From: Candidatus Micrarchaeota archaeon
Lineage (GTDB): Archaea > Micrarchaeota > Micrarchaeia > Micrarchaeales > CABMGC01
Direction of reading: 5' to 3'
Length of the DNA stretch: 64,000 bases
Assembly: GCA_021803425.1 (NCBI GenBank)
Contig: JAJZLN010000007.1
Coordinates: 7,583 to 71,582 of the forward strand
Positions 9,221-18,656 of this stretch are shown in pieces. Position 1 is the stretch's first letter, and every line of letters starts with the position of its first letter. The notes below the pieces were generated by a model. The model was not told the DNA's origin and searched no databases. It was given only the letters and a program-made list of their open reading frames with translations. A program made the position numbers and the translations under genes.

Positions 9221-10273
9221 ATGATGGCAGGAATAGTGGGATACGGAACTTATATACCGATATATCGGATAAGGGTAGAAGACATAGCCAAAGTATGGAA
9301 TGAGGATGCCGAATCAATAAAAAAAGGGTTGAACATAAGCGAGAAGAGCGTTCCGGGACGCGATGAGGATGCAGCTACAATAGCGGTTGAGGCTGCGAGG
9401 AAGGCGATAAGGCACTCAGGCATAAGTGCGAAGGACATAGGCGCAATATATGTCGGTTCCGAGTCTCATCCGTATGCTGTGAAACCTACCGCAACCGTAG
9501 TGGCGCAGGCGATAGAGGCAAGTAACCGCATGATGTCTGCTGACCTTGAGTTTGCATGCAAGGCGGGGACTGCAGGGATGCAGATAGTGATGGGGCACGT
9601 CGACAGCAGCATGATAAAATACGGCATGGCAATAGGCAGCGACACCTCGCAGGGAAGGCCTGGGGACGCACTGGAGTATACCGCAAGCGCAGGAGGTTCA
9701 GCATTCATAATTGGGAAGGACAAGAAAGAGATCATTGCAGACATAATCAAGACTGTAAGCTTTTCTTCTGATACACCAGATTTCTGGAGAAGGGAGGGCG
9801 CCAAATATCCGTCTCACGGAGGCAGATTCACAGGCGAGCCTGGATATTTCAAGCACATAACAAACGCCTCAAAGATGCTTTTCGATGAGACCGGCATGAA
9901 GCCGTCGGATTTTGATTATGCAGTATTCCACCAGCCCAACGGCAAGTTCCCAATAAACGTTGCAATGCAGCTCGGATTCACTATGAAGCAGATAGAAAAA
10001 GGCCTTATGACTCCGATAATAGGCAACACCTATTCAGGAGCCTCGCTGATAGGGCTGGCTGCAACCCTTGACGAAGCCAAGGCTGGAGACAAGATAATGG
10101 TAACAAGCTTCGGTTCTGGCGCAGGGAGCGATTCTTTTGCAATAGAGGTCACAGAAAACATAGCCAAGAAGAGAAAGAGATCCGAGCCCGTAAGGAAGAT
10201 GGCATCGCTTAACAAGAAGTATATAGATTATTCAATATACCTTAAGAACAGGGGTTCTATAAGGAAGGTTTAG
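9221..10273 (+). CDS. Hydroxymethylglutaryl-CoA synthase (archaeal type)
   Basis: 350 aa, starting [16 protein letters not shown] with the catalytic region LEFACKAGT, then HQPNGKFP and GNTYSGAS. It lies upstream of thiolase and DUF35. Confidence 0.88.
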   Translation: MMAGIVGYGTYIPIYRIRVEDIAKVWNEDAESIKKGLNISEKSVPGRDEDAATIAVEAARKAIRHSGISAKDIGAIYVGSESHPYAVKPTATVVAQAIEASNRMMSADLEFACKAGTAGMQIVMGHVDSSMIKYGMAIGSDTSQGRPGDALEYTASAGGSAFIIGKDKKEIIADIIKTVSFSSDTPDFWRREGAKYPSHGGRFTGEPGYFKHITNASKMLFDETGMKPSDFDYAVFHQPNGKFPINVAMQLGFTMKQIEKGLMTPIIGNTYSGASLIGLAATLDEAKAGDKIMVTSFGSGAGSDSFAIEVTENIAKKRKRSEPVRKMASLNKKYIDYSIYLKNRGSIRKV

Positions 10274-10280
10274 TGTCAAC

Positions 10281-11444
10281 ATGAGAGATGTAGCTGTAAT
10301 AGGAGTGGGTCTGACGAAATTCGGGGAGAGATGGAGCTCCGGATTGAAGGAGCTGCTTGCCGAGGCGGGAATAGCTGCGCTTGAGGATGCGAACATATCC
10401 AGCAATGACATAGAGATGCTTTACGGGGGCACAATGGCTTCAGGAAGGTTCATAGGCCAGGAGCATACTGCAGCACTAATGGCGGACCAGCTCGGATTCA
10501 AGAATACCCCTGCAGTGAGGATAGAGAATGCGTGCGCAAGCGGAGGAAGCGCGCTAAGGCAGGCATACATTTCAGTCGCAAGCGGAATACACGATATAGT
10601 CGTCGTGGGCGGTGTGGAAAAGATGACAGACGTCACTTCGGCGGAAGCTTCAACCGCTCTTGGAGGAGCTGGCGACCAGGAATGGGAACTATTTCAGGGG
10701 ATAACCTTCCCAGGGCTTTATGCGCTCATTGCGAAGAGGCATATGTATGAGTACGGGACTACCGAGGAGCAGCTCGCAAGCGTCGCAGTAAAGAATCACG
10801 AGAATGCATGCAAGAACCAACTTGCGCAGTTCAAGAAGAGGATATCTATAGAAGAGGTAATGAAATCGAAGATGGTTTCAGATCCGTTGAAGCTGCTGGA
10901 CTGCTCCCCAATATCAGACGGGGCTGCCGTTGCTGTGCTTGCGCCCCTTGACAAGGCCAGAAAATACAATGACACTCCAATAAAGATACTCTCAAGCTCC
11001 CAGGCCAGCGACACGCTAAGGCTTGCTGAAAGGGATAGCCTTACAGAGCTCAAGGCTACAAAAATAGCTTCACAGCTCGCATATAAGCACGCGAAGCTTG
11101 AACCAAAGGACATAGATGTTGTAGAAGTGCATGACTGCTTCACTATAGCCGAGATACTTGCGATGGAGGACCTCGGATTTTACAAAAAAGGCAAGGCTGC
11201 GCAGGCAATATTCGACGGCGAAACTGCATTAAATTCCAAACTATCCGTTAATACGAGCGGCGGGCTAAAAGGCTGCGGCCATCCCGTCGGTGCGACAGGA
11301 GTGAAGCAGGCAGCGGAAATAGTGTGGCAGCTCAGGGGAGATGCAAAGGACAGGCAGGTTAAAGGCGCCGAGATAGGGATGACGCACAACGTCGGAGGAA
11401 GCGGTGCCACCGCAGTCGTTCATATATTCGAGAGGGCTGATTGA
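10281..11444 (+). CDS. Acetyl-CoA acetyltransferase (thiolase)
   Basis: 387 aa with motifs NACASGGSA (active-site Cys), VHDCFT and GGLKGCGHPVGATG. Confidence 0.9.
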   Translation: MRDVAVIGVGLTKFGERWSSGLKELLAEAGIAALEDANISSNDIEMLYGGTMASGRFIGQEHTAALMADQLGFKNTPAVRIENACASGGSALRQAYISVASGIHDIVVVGGVEKMTDVTSAEASTALGGAGDQEWELFQGITFPGLYALIAKRHMYEYGTTEEQLASVAVKNHENACKNQLAQFKKRISIEEVMKSKMVSDPLKLLDCSPISDGAAVAVLAPLDKARKYNDTPIKILSSSQASDTLRLAERDSLTELKATKIASQLAYKHAKLEPKDIDVVEVHDCFTIAEILAMEDLGFYKKGKAAQAIFDGETALNSKLSVNTSGGLKGCGHPVGATGVKQAAEIVWQLRGDAKDRQVKGAEIGMTHNVGGSGATAVVHIFERAD

Positions 11445-11840
11445 TTGGAAAGAGCATCCGCAAGTCTTTGGAGGAAAATAAGGCCAAGGTATAATCTGAT
11501 CGGTAACATATGCAAGAATTGCAATACTGCATATTTCCCGCCGCGTGTTATATGCAGGAAATGCGGAAGGAAATCAAGGATGGAAGAGAAGCAATTCAGC
11601 GGCAATGGCGTTATACATTCGTTTACTAAGATAAGGGTGCCCCCCGACACATTCAAGGAAGAAGCGCCTTATGACATAGGGATAATAAAACTTGATGAAG
11701 GCCCCATGGTGGAAGGGCACATACTGGAAAACGGCAAGGAGCCCAAGATAGGGGAAAAGGTAAAGGTGGCATTCAGGAGAATGTATGTCGAAGGAGACGA
11801 AGACCTGATCTACTACCACTACAAATTCGAGATGCTCTGA
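11445..11840 (+). CDS. DUF35 OB-fold/zinc-ribbon protein (thiolase/HMG-CoA synthase scaffold)
   Basis: 131 aa with the Cys4 ribbon CKNCNTAYFPPRVICRKCG followed by an OB-like region. The TTG start directly abuts the thiolase stop. Confidence 0.85.
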   Translation: MERASASLWRKIRPRYNLIGNICKNCNTAYFPPRVICRKCGRKSRMEEKQFSGNGVIHSFTKIRVPPDTFKEEAPYDIGIIKLDEGPMVEGHILENGKEPKIGEKVKVAFRRMYVEGDEDLIYYHYKFEML

Positions 11841-11847
11841 ATATATA

Positions 11848-12324
11848 TCAGGAAAACACTATCCTGTATTCAACCACTTTTTTATTTTTTTTGTCATAGT
11901 AAATGTAGGCGTCAAACTTCTTTCTCTTAAGCATAAGATCAAACCAGTACTTGTCATCATCCCACATCCTGCTTGAAGGAAGCGAATTTACACCGAACCA
12001 TTTTACCTCCCCTTCTTCTGATGGACGTACCCTGCCATAAAATCTTCTTGTTGAAAAAAGATAGCCTTCTATAGCGAGCTTCCTCCTGCCTTCCATGAAA
12101 AAATACAGCTTGCCATGGAAAAACGGCGAACGCATGGTTATTCCGGTCTCTTCGTATGTCTCCCTTATCGCGCACTGCTCAGGAGTCTCTCCTTTCTCAA
12201 ACTTTCCGCCCGGCCCGTTCCATTTGCCCTTGCTTATTCCTCGCACCGCCATTTTCAGCAGCACTTTATTTCCATCTATAATGTGGCATAATGTTGCCTT
12301 CAATACCATGAATTCAACCAACAA
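11848..12324 (-). CDS. NUDIX hydrolase (MutT-like)
   Basis: The Nudix box [23 protein letters not shown] is present. Confidence 0.85.
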   Translation of the reverse strand: MLVEFMVLKATLCHIIDGNKVLLKMAVRGISKGKWNGPGGKFEKGETPEQCAIRETYEETGITMRSPFFHGKLYFFMEGRRKLAIEGYLFSTRRFYGRVRPSEEGEVKWFGVNSLPSSRMWDDDKYWFDLMLKRKKFDAYIYYDKKNKKVVEYRIVFS

Positions 12325-13375
12325 GCTTTATCAAAGAATCTGCGTCCGTGAAGCTTTTGTAAGAGCACGCCTTCCTTATCCTGTTCATCAGCGCAAGGCC
12401 TATGCCCTCCTCTCCAAAGCACTCTATCACTGCAAATTCGGATGTTTTTCCATCCAGCCTTATTAATGCGTCAAAAAGATTATGGGCTATTACATCTACA
12501 TCTTCTCTTCTTCCGATGCCTATCGTATCCTTTGCATATCTCTTCGCAATTTTACATGACTCGTCCGAGCCTATGAAAATAAATCTGCCTGCATAAGGTT
12601 TTGTGGCATTGCCTATACTCCTGATATCGCCATTAAACAGGAATATTGGCGTGAGCGGCGCATAATGCATGTACTTCATCCCTGGACTTTTCGGTTTGGC
12701 CACATATCCGCGTTTTTCCTGGGTTCCGTATATTTTCAGTTTTCTTCCAAACAGCTTTTCTATTCCATCAACCGAGAATGCGCCCGGTCTCAAAAGCTCA
12801 AAATTATCCAGGTCAATTACTGTAGATTCTATCCCGAACCTTGAGCTTCCTGCATCTATTATCGCATCCGCCTTTCCATAGAAATATTTTATCGCATGCG
12901 ACGCCCTGGTTGAAGACGGCCTCTTCGAAATGTTTGCGCTTGGAGCAGCTATCGGCGTACCACTCTCCTCTATAAGCCTGAGCGCGATTTTGTTGTCAGG
13001 CATCCTAACTGCCACTGTCCTTAGCCCCGCAGTAACTGATTTAGGGATTCCCTTCCGCGCCTTTAATATTACTGTAAGGGGCGCAGGCCACACATTTCCA
13101 AGTATTTTTTTGTACATCTTCGGGATAACGGCTACTTTTTCAGCCATATTTATGCTTGACACATGCACTATCAATGGATTATCCTGTTCTCTCCCCTTCA
13201 ATTCGAATATCCTCAGGCACGCGTTCCCATCGAACGCATTTGCGCCTATCCCATATACTGTCTCTGTAGGAAACACCACTATCCCCCCTTCCTTTATTAT
13301 GGCTGCAGCTTTCCTGATTCCTTTGATGTCGGGGCTAGCCTCGCTCATTTTCAGCAGTAATGTCATGTATGTCAT
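12314..13375 (-). CDS. sua5: L-threonylcarbamoyladenylate synthase (Sua5/TsaC, long form)
   Basis: 353 aa. It has the YrdC-domain motifs [13 protein letters not shown] and SANISKRPS plus a C-terminal Sua5 domain. Confidence 0.88.
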   Translation of the reverse strand: MTYMTLLLKMSEASPDIKGIRKAAAIIKEGGIVVFPTETVYGIGANAFDGNACLRIFELKGREQDNPLIVHVSSINMAEKVAVIPKMYKKILGNVWPAPLTVILKARKGIPKSVTAGLRTVAVRMPDNKIALRLIEESGTPIAAPSANISKRPSSTRASHAIKYFYGKADAIIDAGSSRFGIESTVIDLDNFELLRPGAFSVDGIEKLFGRKLKIYGTQEKRGYVAKPKSPGMKYMHYAPLTPIFLFNGDIRSIGNATKPYAGRFIFIGSDESCKIAKRYAKDTIGIGRREDVDVIAHNLFDALIRLDGKTSEFAVIECFGEEGIGLALMNRIRKACSYKSFTDADSLIKLVG

Positions 13376-14119
13376 CTACTTGAATATCGATTTGCTTATG
13401 GTGCTTGCAGCTATCTCTGCAGGATTCATGACCAGCGCGCGCCCTCCTGAAATGTTCCTTAGGTGGTGCTCTGCAGCCTTTGAAGGAGAAATTACAATTA
13501 TCTTCGATGTTGATGTGAGCTCTTTTGCAACCAGCAGCGCGTATATTGCGCGTGAGCTGTCCTCTATATCTATAACTATGGCCTTCGATTTCTGCGGCTC
13601 AAATTCCCTCATCTCTATTTCTGACGTGGAATCTGCAACATGTACGTTATATCCAAGCCTCTTCATGTGCTCTGCATTTTCAGGGCTTGAAGTCACGATT
13701 ATGAACCTTTCATCGCTTTCGTGGAGTTTCTCTGCAAGATATGCATTCGTGGAGCTTGTGCCTATCAGTATGATGTGCTTGTTAAGCCTCCTTTTCTCAA
13801 ATGCGGACATTCTCCCTGTAATCGCCTCAACTCTCTCTTTCATAAAATCACCAGCTACAACTACAATGGTACTGAAGAACACACCTATGCCTACTATTAT
13901 AAGTATAATTACAAATATCTTTGCACTTGCCGATACAGGATATATATCTCCGTATCCTATTGTGGACAACGTGACCAGGGTAAAGTACGTCGCGTCAAGA
14001 AGGCTGTTTATCCTCACGTTGAATCCGCCGCGCTGCCCAAGATAATATGTTCCTATTATTCCGAATGCGAGCACCGCCAATATTGCAATAAGATAAGCGA
14101 TCATTTCCCTAATTTTCAT
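13376..14119 (-). CDS. Two-TM potassium channel with a C-terminal RCK/TrkA-N domain
   Basis: It has the selectivity filter TLSTIGYGD between two hydrophobic helices, followed by the Rossmann-like HIILIGTSSTNAYLAEKL. Confidence 0.85.
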   Translation of the reverse strand: MKIREMIAYLIAILAVLAFGIIGTYYLGQRGGFNVRINSLLDATYFTLVTLSTIGYGDIYPVSASAKIFVIILIIVGIGVFFSTIVVVAGDFMKERVEAITGRMSAFEKRRLNKHIILIGTSSTNAYLAEKLHESDERFIIVTSSPENAEHMKRLGYNVHVADSTSEIEMREFEPQKSKAIVIDIEDSSRAIYALLVAKELTSTSKIIVISPSKAAEHHLRNISGGRALVMNPAEIAASTISKSIFK

Positions 14120-14219
14120 AACCTATACCCGAGCGTCAACTATCAGTTCTGCGACAATCTATAAAAACATAGTCTTTTCAAAGTGCATAAATATTAATGT
14201 TGCAATACAATAGTGCAGC

Positions 14220-14945
14220 ATGGATATCGGCGCTGATTTTGAAAGCAAGCTTCTTTCTACGGAATACGGGAGGCTTCATTATCTGCATCATGCCGCGGAA
14301 GGAAAGACAATAATATTCATTCATGGATTTGCAGGCAGTGTTAGGACATGGACAAGGCTTCTGGCCCACATTCCCGAAAGCCTTAATGTATATCTGGTCG
14401 ATCTTCTGGGCCATGGGGACTCAGATGCACCAGAGATAGAGTACTCGCTGAAGATGCATTGCGACACGCTAGAGAAGCTTGTTGATTCTGAAATGCTCAA
14501 GAAATATTCTCTGTTCGGTCATTCGTATGGCGGATGGCTTGCCGCATATTTCGCCGCACACAACAATCCATCAGGCATAATACTTGAGGATTCCGCCGGG
14601 CTCAGCGAGCTATACCAGGAAAGGGAAGTGCTAAATCCTAATTACCGCGAAGTACTTATTAAAAAGGGCATGGAGCTGAATCCGCGGGAGGATGTGCTGA
14701 GGAGCATGTTGAGCACGGACAACAGCCAGGCGTACCTGACGAGGGACCTTCTCGAATCGATAGAATCAAAGACCCTTATATTATGGGGCAGCCAGGATTC
14801 AACTGTTAACCCAAAATATGCCGTGATTTTCAACAGGCACATAAAAGGCAGCAAGTTAAGGATGATCGAGGGCAGCAGGCATACGCCGCATTACTCCAAC
14901 CCGGAGACCGTAGCCAATGCACTGCTTAATTTTCTGAATGAATAA
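14220..14945 (+). CDS. Alpha/beta-fold hydrolase
   Basis: It has the HG oxyanion region IIFIHGFAGS, the nucleophile elbow GHSYGG and a C-terminal GSRHTPH. Confidence 0.75.
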   Translation: MDIGADFESKLLSTEYGRLHYLHHAAEGKTIIFIHGFAGSVRTWTRLLAHIPESLNVYLVDLLGHGDSDAPEIEYSLKMHCDTLEKLVDSEMLKKYSLFGHSYGGWLAAYFAAHNNPSGIILEDSAGLSELYQEREVLNPNYREVLIKKGMELNPREDVLRSMLSTDNSQAYLTRDLLESIESKTLILWGSQDSTVNPKYAVIFNRHIKGSKLRMIEGSRHTPHYSNPETVANALLNFLNE

Positions 14946-14946
14946 G

Positions 14947-15642
14947 CTATTTTTTTATGGCGTTTATGCACGCAATAGCATACGTGCCGCTATTTCTGTA
15001 GTGCCTGGAACCCGCAGCCTCCTCTCTTGGAACCTGCCTTACTGATTTATAATCGCTTACCATATAGTATTCGCTATTCTTTATCTCAAATGTGCTCAGC
15101 AGCACGTCAAGGGAAGATTCATCGTATATCCTTACAAAAGGCTTTCCTGACGCATTGATCAGTTCTTGTATCCCGTATTTGCACGTGAATATCAGCTGGC
15201 CGCCTACTTTTATGAGCTCCTTTATTTTAGTCATGGCCTTTACGTCGGCCTGCTTATCCAGAAGCTCTGATTTGTTATAGTATTGCAAGCCAAAGTGCTC
15301 TATCGAATTCATTGCAATAACTACGTCGAATTTTTCCTTGCCGAAATCGTGAGATATAAAATTATCCTTTATGAACTTCATGTTGGCATGACCAAATCCG
15401 TAATCTTCATAGTCTATTCCAGTCACGTTGTATCTCATAATCGCAAGTTGCAGTGAAATCGGGCTGCCTGTGCATCCAACATCCAAAACCTTTGACTGCG
15501 GGGCTATGTGCCTAAACAAGAAAGGTATTCCGATAATATTCTCGTTTATTTTCCTGCCGTCTATCCCAAAATCAAAAATATTCTCCTTTCTAAATAGCAT
15601 GGTCTCGACCGTGCGGCTGGCGCACAAAGATATACTGAGCAT
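14947..15642 (-). CDS. Class I SAM-dependent methyltransferase
   Basis: Motif I is VLDVGCTGSPISL, followed by FDVVIAMNSIEHF. A TATA-like ttttataaac sits only 5 nt upstream of the first ATG, so the true start may be the internal Met at 15600. Confidence 0.7.
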   Translation of the reverse strand: MLSISLCASRTVETMLFRKENIFDFGIDGRKINENIIGIPFLFRHIAPQSKVLDVGCTGSPISLQLAIMRYNVTGIDYEDYGFGHANMKFIKDNFISHDFGKEKFDVVIAMNSIEHFGLQYYNKSELLDKQADVKAMTKIKELIKVGGQLIFTCKYGIQELINASGKPFVRIYDESSLDVLLSTFEIKNSEYYMVSDYKSVRQVPREEAAGSRHYRNSGTYAIACINAIKK

Positions 15643-15754
15643 TTATGTTTATAAAATCATAGCTGGAAACTCAGCACGATTTAGCGGCGTGAGTATGTTG
15701 CATCGTGCAAAGAGCCGTTCAGCTGCGGGCTCGAAAGCGCATTACGGCTCCAGG

Positions 15755-15910
15755 TCAAGCCCGAATCAGGCCAAACTTTGCGAAATAATTGGCAACTTCT
15801 GTATATTGTATGCTTATTGCATTGAGATAGCCTGAATATGCAACTATTGTGCTAATCTGCAAGGCGCATAGCAGCACCGTAAAAGCTATAACAAGTCCGT
15901 AGAAAGACAT
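15755..15910 (-). CDS. Small hydrophobic protein (51 aa), possible last gene of the pilus operon
   Basis: It is below the ORF-track size cut-off. My translation is MSFYGLVIAFTVLLCALQISTIVAYSGYLNAISIQYTEVANYFAKFGLIRA. Its ATG (15908-15910) overlaps the upstream gene's TGA (TGATG), like the other junctions in the operon. Confidence 0.4.
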   Translation of the reverse strand: MSFYGLVIAFTVLLCALQISTIVAYSGYLNAISIQYTEVANYFAKFGLIRA

Positions 15911-16272
15911 CATGAGACACCTACGCATAATATCCCGTCGGTACCGTTTCCGCAGTAAACATAAGAGTAATTTCCTCCCCCGGAGCCGTTTATAATTCCT
16001 ATCCTTCTTATTCCATATGCCTTCTCATACAATGATGTATAATTAGTCATGCATGCTGTGTCTGATTTTGACTCCGCCATGCACGACCCTGCCGCACTAT
16101 TTTCAGACATCTGGCTTGCAAAATCATATGCCGCAACCCTCATGGACAGGTTCTTTCCATCGATGTAATATTCATGCTGATAAAAACCTGTGATCTGGCT
16201 CCCTATTGTCATTGCTGATATGGCTATGAGCAGTGCAGTCAGCGCTTCAATCGTTGCAAACTGCAGCTTCAA
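15910..16272 (-). CDS. Pilin-like protein (class III signal), minor pilin candidate
   Basis: The N-terminus is MKLQFATIEALTALLIAISAMTIG. It has a 4-nt overlap with the upstream gene. Confidence 0.65.
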   Translation of the reverse strand: MKLQFATIEALTALLIAISAMTIGSQITGFYQHEYYIDGKNLSMRVAAYDFASQMSENSAAGSCMAESKSDTACMTNYTSLYEKAYGIRRIGIINGSGGGNYSYVYCGNGTDGILCVGVS

Positions 16273-17525
16273 TCAGATACCTCTATGACGGATCCTGCAT
16301 ATGAGAGGACCTGGTTTCCAGTTAAATATCCATTGTTTACTGTTGCATTTATCACATAATAGAAAGGCGAAGAGGGACTGCAGTCAAACGTATTGTTTTT
16401 GAGGCTGCACTGCGACTGGTTAAGCGGCTCAGCGCCCGATACAAAGGCGCCTTCATAGGTATCATAAGATGAGACTGCCTGTTCTATTTCGGACTGTACG
16501 CTTGGGCTTACAACTGCGTTATTGTAGTAAGTAACTATGTCATACGCATTGTTCCATTCCTGCTCATACTGCGACAGGTCTGTGGAATTCACATAGCCTT
16601 CGGACTTCCCCGATAGCATGGCAATTCCCGGTGCTGCCCCGGAATAACTAACATTCCTTACATGCACCTTTCCTACTATGTTAGACGCATAAAATATGTC
16701 TGAGCTTGCATTGCCGTTTGATATACGCATCGACAATGTTCCATTACCTATAATCGTCACATTAGCCGAATAGGCAAGCTTGGGCTGTCCGGATTTTGCA
16801 AAGCTTACATTGTATCCTGAATATTGCGGCTTGACGCAGAAGCTCTCCAGATTGCCCTGATAGGGACATGCCCCTGGATTCACTATGTTATATCCCCACC
16901 CTCCGGAACATTGCACGTCCATGCCGTACGGATTTCCGAACGGGCCCAGATATGCGCAATGATTATTCTCTGCAAGCGCATACACTTTCTGGTCCGAAGC
17001 AGGATAATCTGCACTCTCATTCCGTCCATATATGATGGCTGAATACTGCAGGCTTTCCTGCCCGCCCTTCTGCAGCAATGCAACAGTGGCAAGCTCTTCA
17101 GAGCCGTTGTACCATTGTTTTCCGCAGTAAATTCCATATTTTACATACGCTATATCAGCTCCGCTATTCGGATAAAAGCTCCCCTTCCATATCCTTGCCG
17201 AGTAGAAGGACTCATTTATCATACTAGGATCAAATTCAATATCGCTTGAATTAAGCACAACAACCGCGTTTCCCTCGCCGCATCCATATGCCGCTATCTG
17301 CATGAAATTCTGCGAATCTGCGACAGAAGTCTCAGGAATGCTTATATCCAGGTACGGGCGTGAAGCAAACACCTGGCCAGAAGTCATGCTGTAATTTCCA
17401 TACGACATGTTTGCAATTTTTCTTGCAGAGCTGATTGTGCTATGGTACTGCACTACCGCACTGAGTATGAGCAGCCCTATCGCTCCGGTTATTGCAAGGA
17501 ATTCAACGCTTGCCTGCATTTTCAT
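16269..17525 (-). CDS. Large pilin-like protein (418 aa), candidate tip or adhesin subunit
   Basis: The N-terminus is MKMQASVEFLAITGAIGLLILSAVV. I count 15 N-x-S/T sequons and 8 Cys in the globular part. Confidence 0.65.
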   Translation of the reverse strand: MKMQASVEFLAITGAIGLLILSAVVQYHSTISSARKIANMSYGNYSMTSGQVFASRPYLDISIPETSVADSQNFMQIAAYGCGEGNAVVVLNSSDIEFDPSMINESFYSARIWKGSFYPNSGADIAYVKYGIYCGKQWYNGSEELATVALLQKGGQESLQYSAIIYGRNESADYPASDQKVYALAENNHCAYLGPFGNPYGMDVQCSGGWGYNIVNPGACPYQGNLESFCVKPQYSGYNVSFAKSGQPKLAYSANVTIIGNGTLSMRISNGNASSDIFYASNIVGKVHVRNVSYSGAAPGIAMLSGKSEGYVNSTDLSQYEQEWNNAYDIVTYYNNAVVSPSVQSEIEQAVSSYDTYEGAFVSGAEPLNQSQCSLKNNTFDCSPSSPFYYVINATVNNGYLTGNQVLSYAGSVIEVSD

Positions 17526-17854
17526 GTGATTACCATTATCTTCGTGATTCCATCAATCTCCACTACTCTGCAAAAACCGCTGCATTTGTCAAAGCCGCTT
17601 TCGTTCTGGAAACTTATGCTGGCATTATAATCCATACCCATCGCCTTCATATCTGATACATCTGAAGAATAATCCCCGGCTTCCGCGCCGACAACATCTA
17701 TCATCTGCTGCGATATGCTGTAGTATCTGAGCTCCGAGTATGATGATTTGGCATATGCTGTGTAAAATGACTGGTTTGCATGCAATACCGAAAGCATCAG
17801 GTACAATGTCACCAGTACTATCGGAAACGCGATTGCAATATCCAACGCTATCAT
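17522..17854 (-). CDS. Pilus-operon membrane-anchored protein (pilin-like, atypical leaderless N-terminus)
   Basis: The N-terminus MIALDIAIAFPIVLVTLYLMLSVL is hydrophobic and lacks a basic leader or Q-x3-E motif. GAGGTG lies 8 nt upstream of the ATG. Confidence 0.5.
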   Translation of the reverse strand: MIALDIAIAFPIVLVTLYLMLSVLHANQSFYTAYAKSSYSELRYYSISQQMIDVVGAEAGDYSSDVSDMKAMGMDYNASISFQNESGFDKCSGFCRVVEIDGITKIMVIT

Positions 17855-17863
17855 ATAAACACC

Positions 17864-18055
17864 TCATCCACACCCACAAAGCCCTTCAAGCATGTAAGTG
17901 TATTCTGAAGAGCTGTCAGCATATCCTGATATCGCTGCCAGGGACGATCTTGAGGATTGGTATGCGTGGAGGTAAGCCTGCAACGCCACTATCGCTATCA
18001 GCATAGCGAAGGACATGCTCATCATGATTTCCAAGCTTATCTGTATTTTGGTCAT
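17864..18055 (-). CDS. Short pilin-like protein (63 aa)
   Basis: The N-terminus is MTKIQISLEIMMSMSFAMLIAIVALQAY. It has a 4-nt overlap with the upstream gene. Confidence 0.6.
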   Translation of the reverse strand: MTKIQISLEIMMSMSFAMLIAIVALQAYLHAYQSSRSSLAAISGYADSSSEYTYMLEGLCGCG

Positions 18056-18411
18056 TCAACCATAACCCCTGTCCCGTTATAGGAGAGCTGCAGTTGCTTA
18101 TAGCCCTGGCTGCATATGGCGCTTGCGTTCATCCAAACCGTATCCACAAAATAAAACATACCATATCCTGTCTTCAGCTCATTGCCTGCCGCGGTAGAAT
18201 TGCACATGCCTTCTGGCACGTAGAGCGAAACTGACCTGGCGCCTTCAAGCATTGCCGTATCCAGGCCATTCACGAATCCTGAGTATTCATACATCATGAC
18301 GGATCTGTTTATTTCCCCATGATACGAATTTACCATGCCAATTGAATATGCCATCGAGATTCCCGCAATCGAGATATATGCAAGCATCTCCAGGGACATC
18401 TGCAGCCTCAT
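18052..18411 (-). CDS. Pilin-like protein (class III signal)
   Basis: The N-terminus is MRLQMSLEMLAYISIAGISMAYSIG. It has a 4-nt overlap with the upstream gene. Confidence 0.65.
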   Translation of the reverse strand: MRLQMSLEMLAYISIAGISMAYSIGMVNSYHGEINRSVMMYEYSGFVNGLDTAMLEGARSVSLYVPEGMCNSTAAGNELKTGYGMFYFVDTVWMNASAICSQGYKQLQLSYNGTGVMVE

Positions 18412-18653
18412 TTCGACAGCCCGCTCATCTGGTTCGTTATTGCCTGGCTTACGCTCATGTTGGTTCCGTTCATGCTCACGCTTCCCACCACCGCTCCCTT
18501 CATCTTCACTATCATCCCTAGTGCAATGAGTATCACTATGCTTGCGGCAGCAAGCATCATTATATACTCAAGGGATCCCTGCCCCTTCCTGCTCTTCGCA
18601 AGCATCAAGAATGCCTGCGCTTCCGTCGGTACTATTTTTTGTATCACATTCAC
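18408..18653 (-). CDS. Small Flp/Epd-like pilin (81-aa precursor)
   Basis: The sequence ...AKSRKGQGSLEYIMMLAAASIVILIALGMIV fits the Flp-type G/xxxxEY pattern, with Q at the predicted +1 and E at +5. It is the first pilin gene after the platform genes. Confidence 0.7.
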   Translation of the reverse strand: MNVIQKIVPTEAQAFLMLAKSRKGQGSLEYIMMLAAASIVILIALGMIVKMKGAVVGSVSMNGTNMSVSQAITNQMSGLSK

Positions 18654-18656
18654 ACC

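Noticed and set aside
12930-14045. A 371-aa plus-strand ORF, with many other long ORFs of the same kind: 1908-2507, 4683-5420, 7203-7955, 20880-21602, 30198-31011, 35560-36093, 45936-46373, 51032-51514 and 54253-54744.
   Set aside because: All are antisense to genes with clear family motifs (Sua5/K+ channel, uL4, pilin/hmgA, korA, pilus ATPase, GH, oxidoreductase, SDR, flippase, dehydratase). Their translations are low-complexity S/L/I/F-rich strings with no recognisable motifs. They look like shadow ORFs produced by codon bias.
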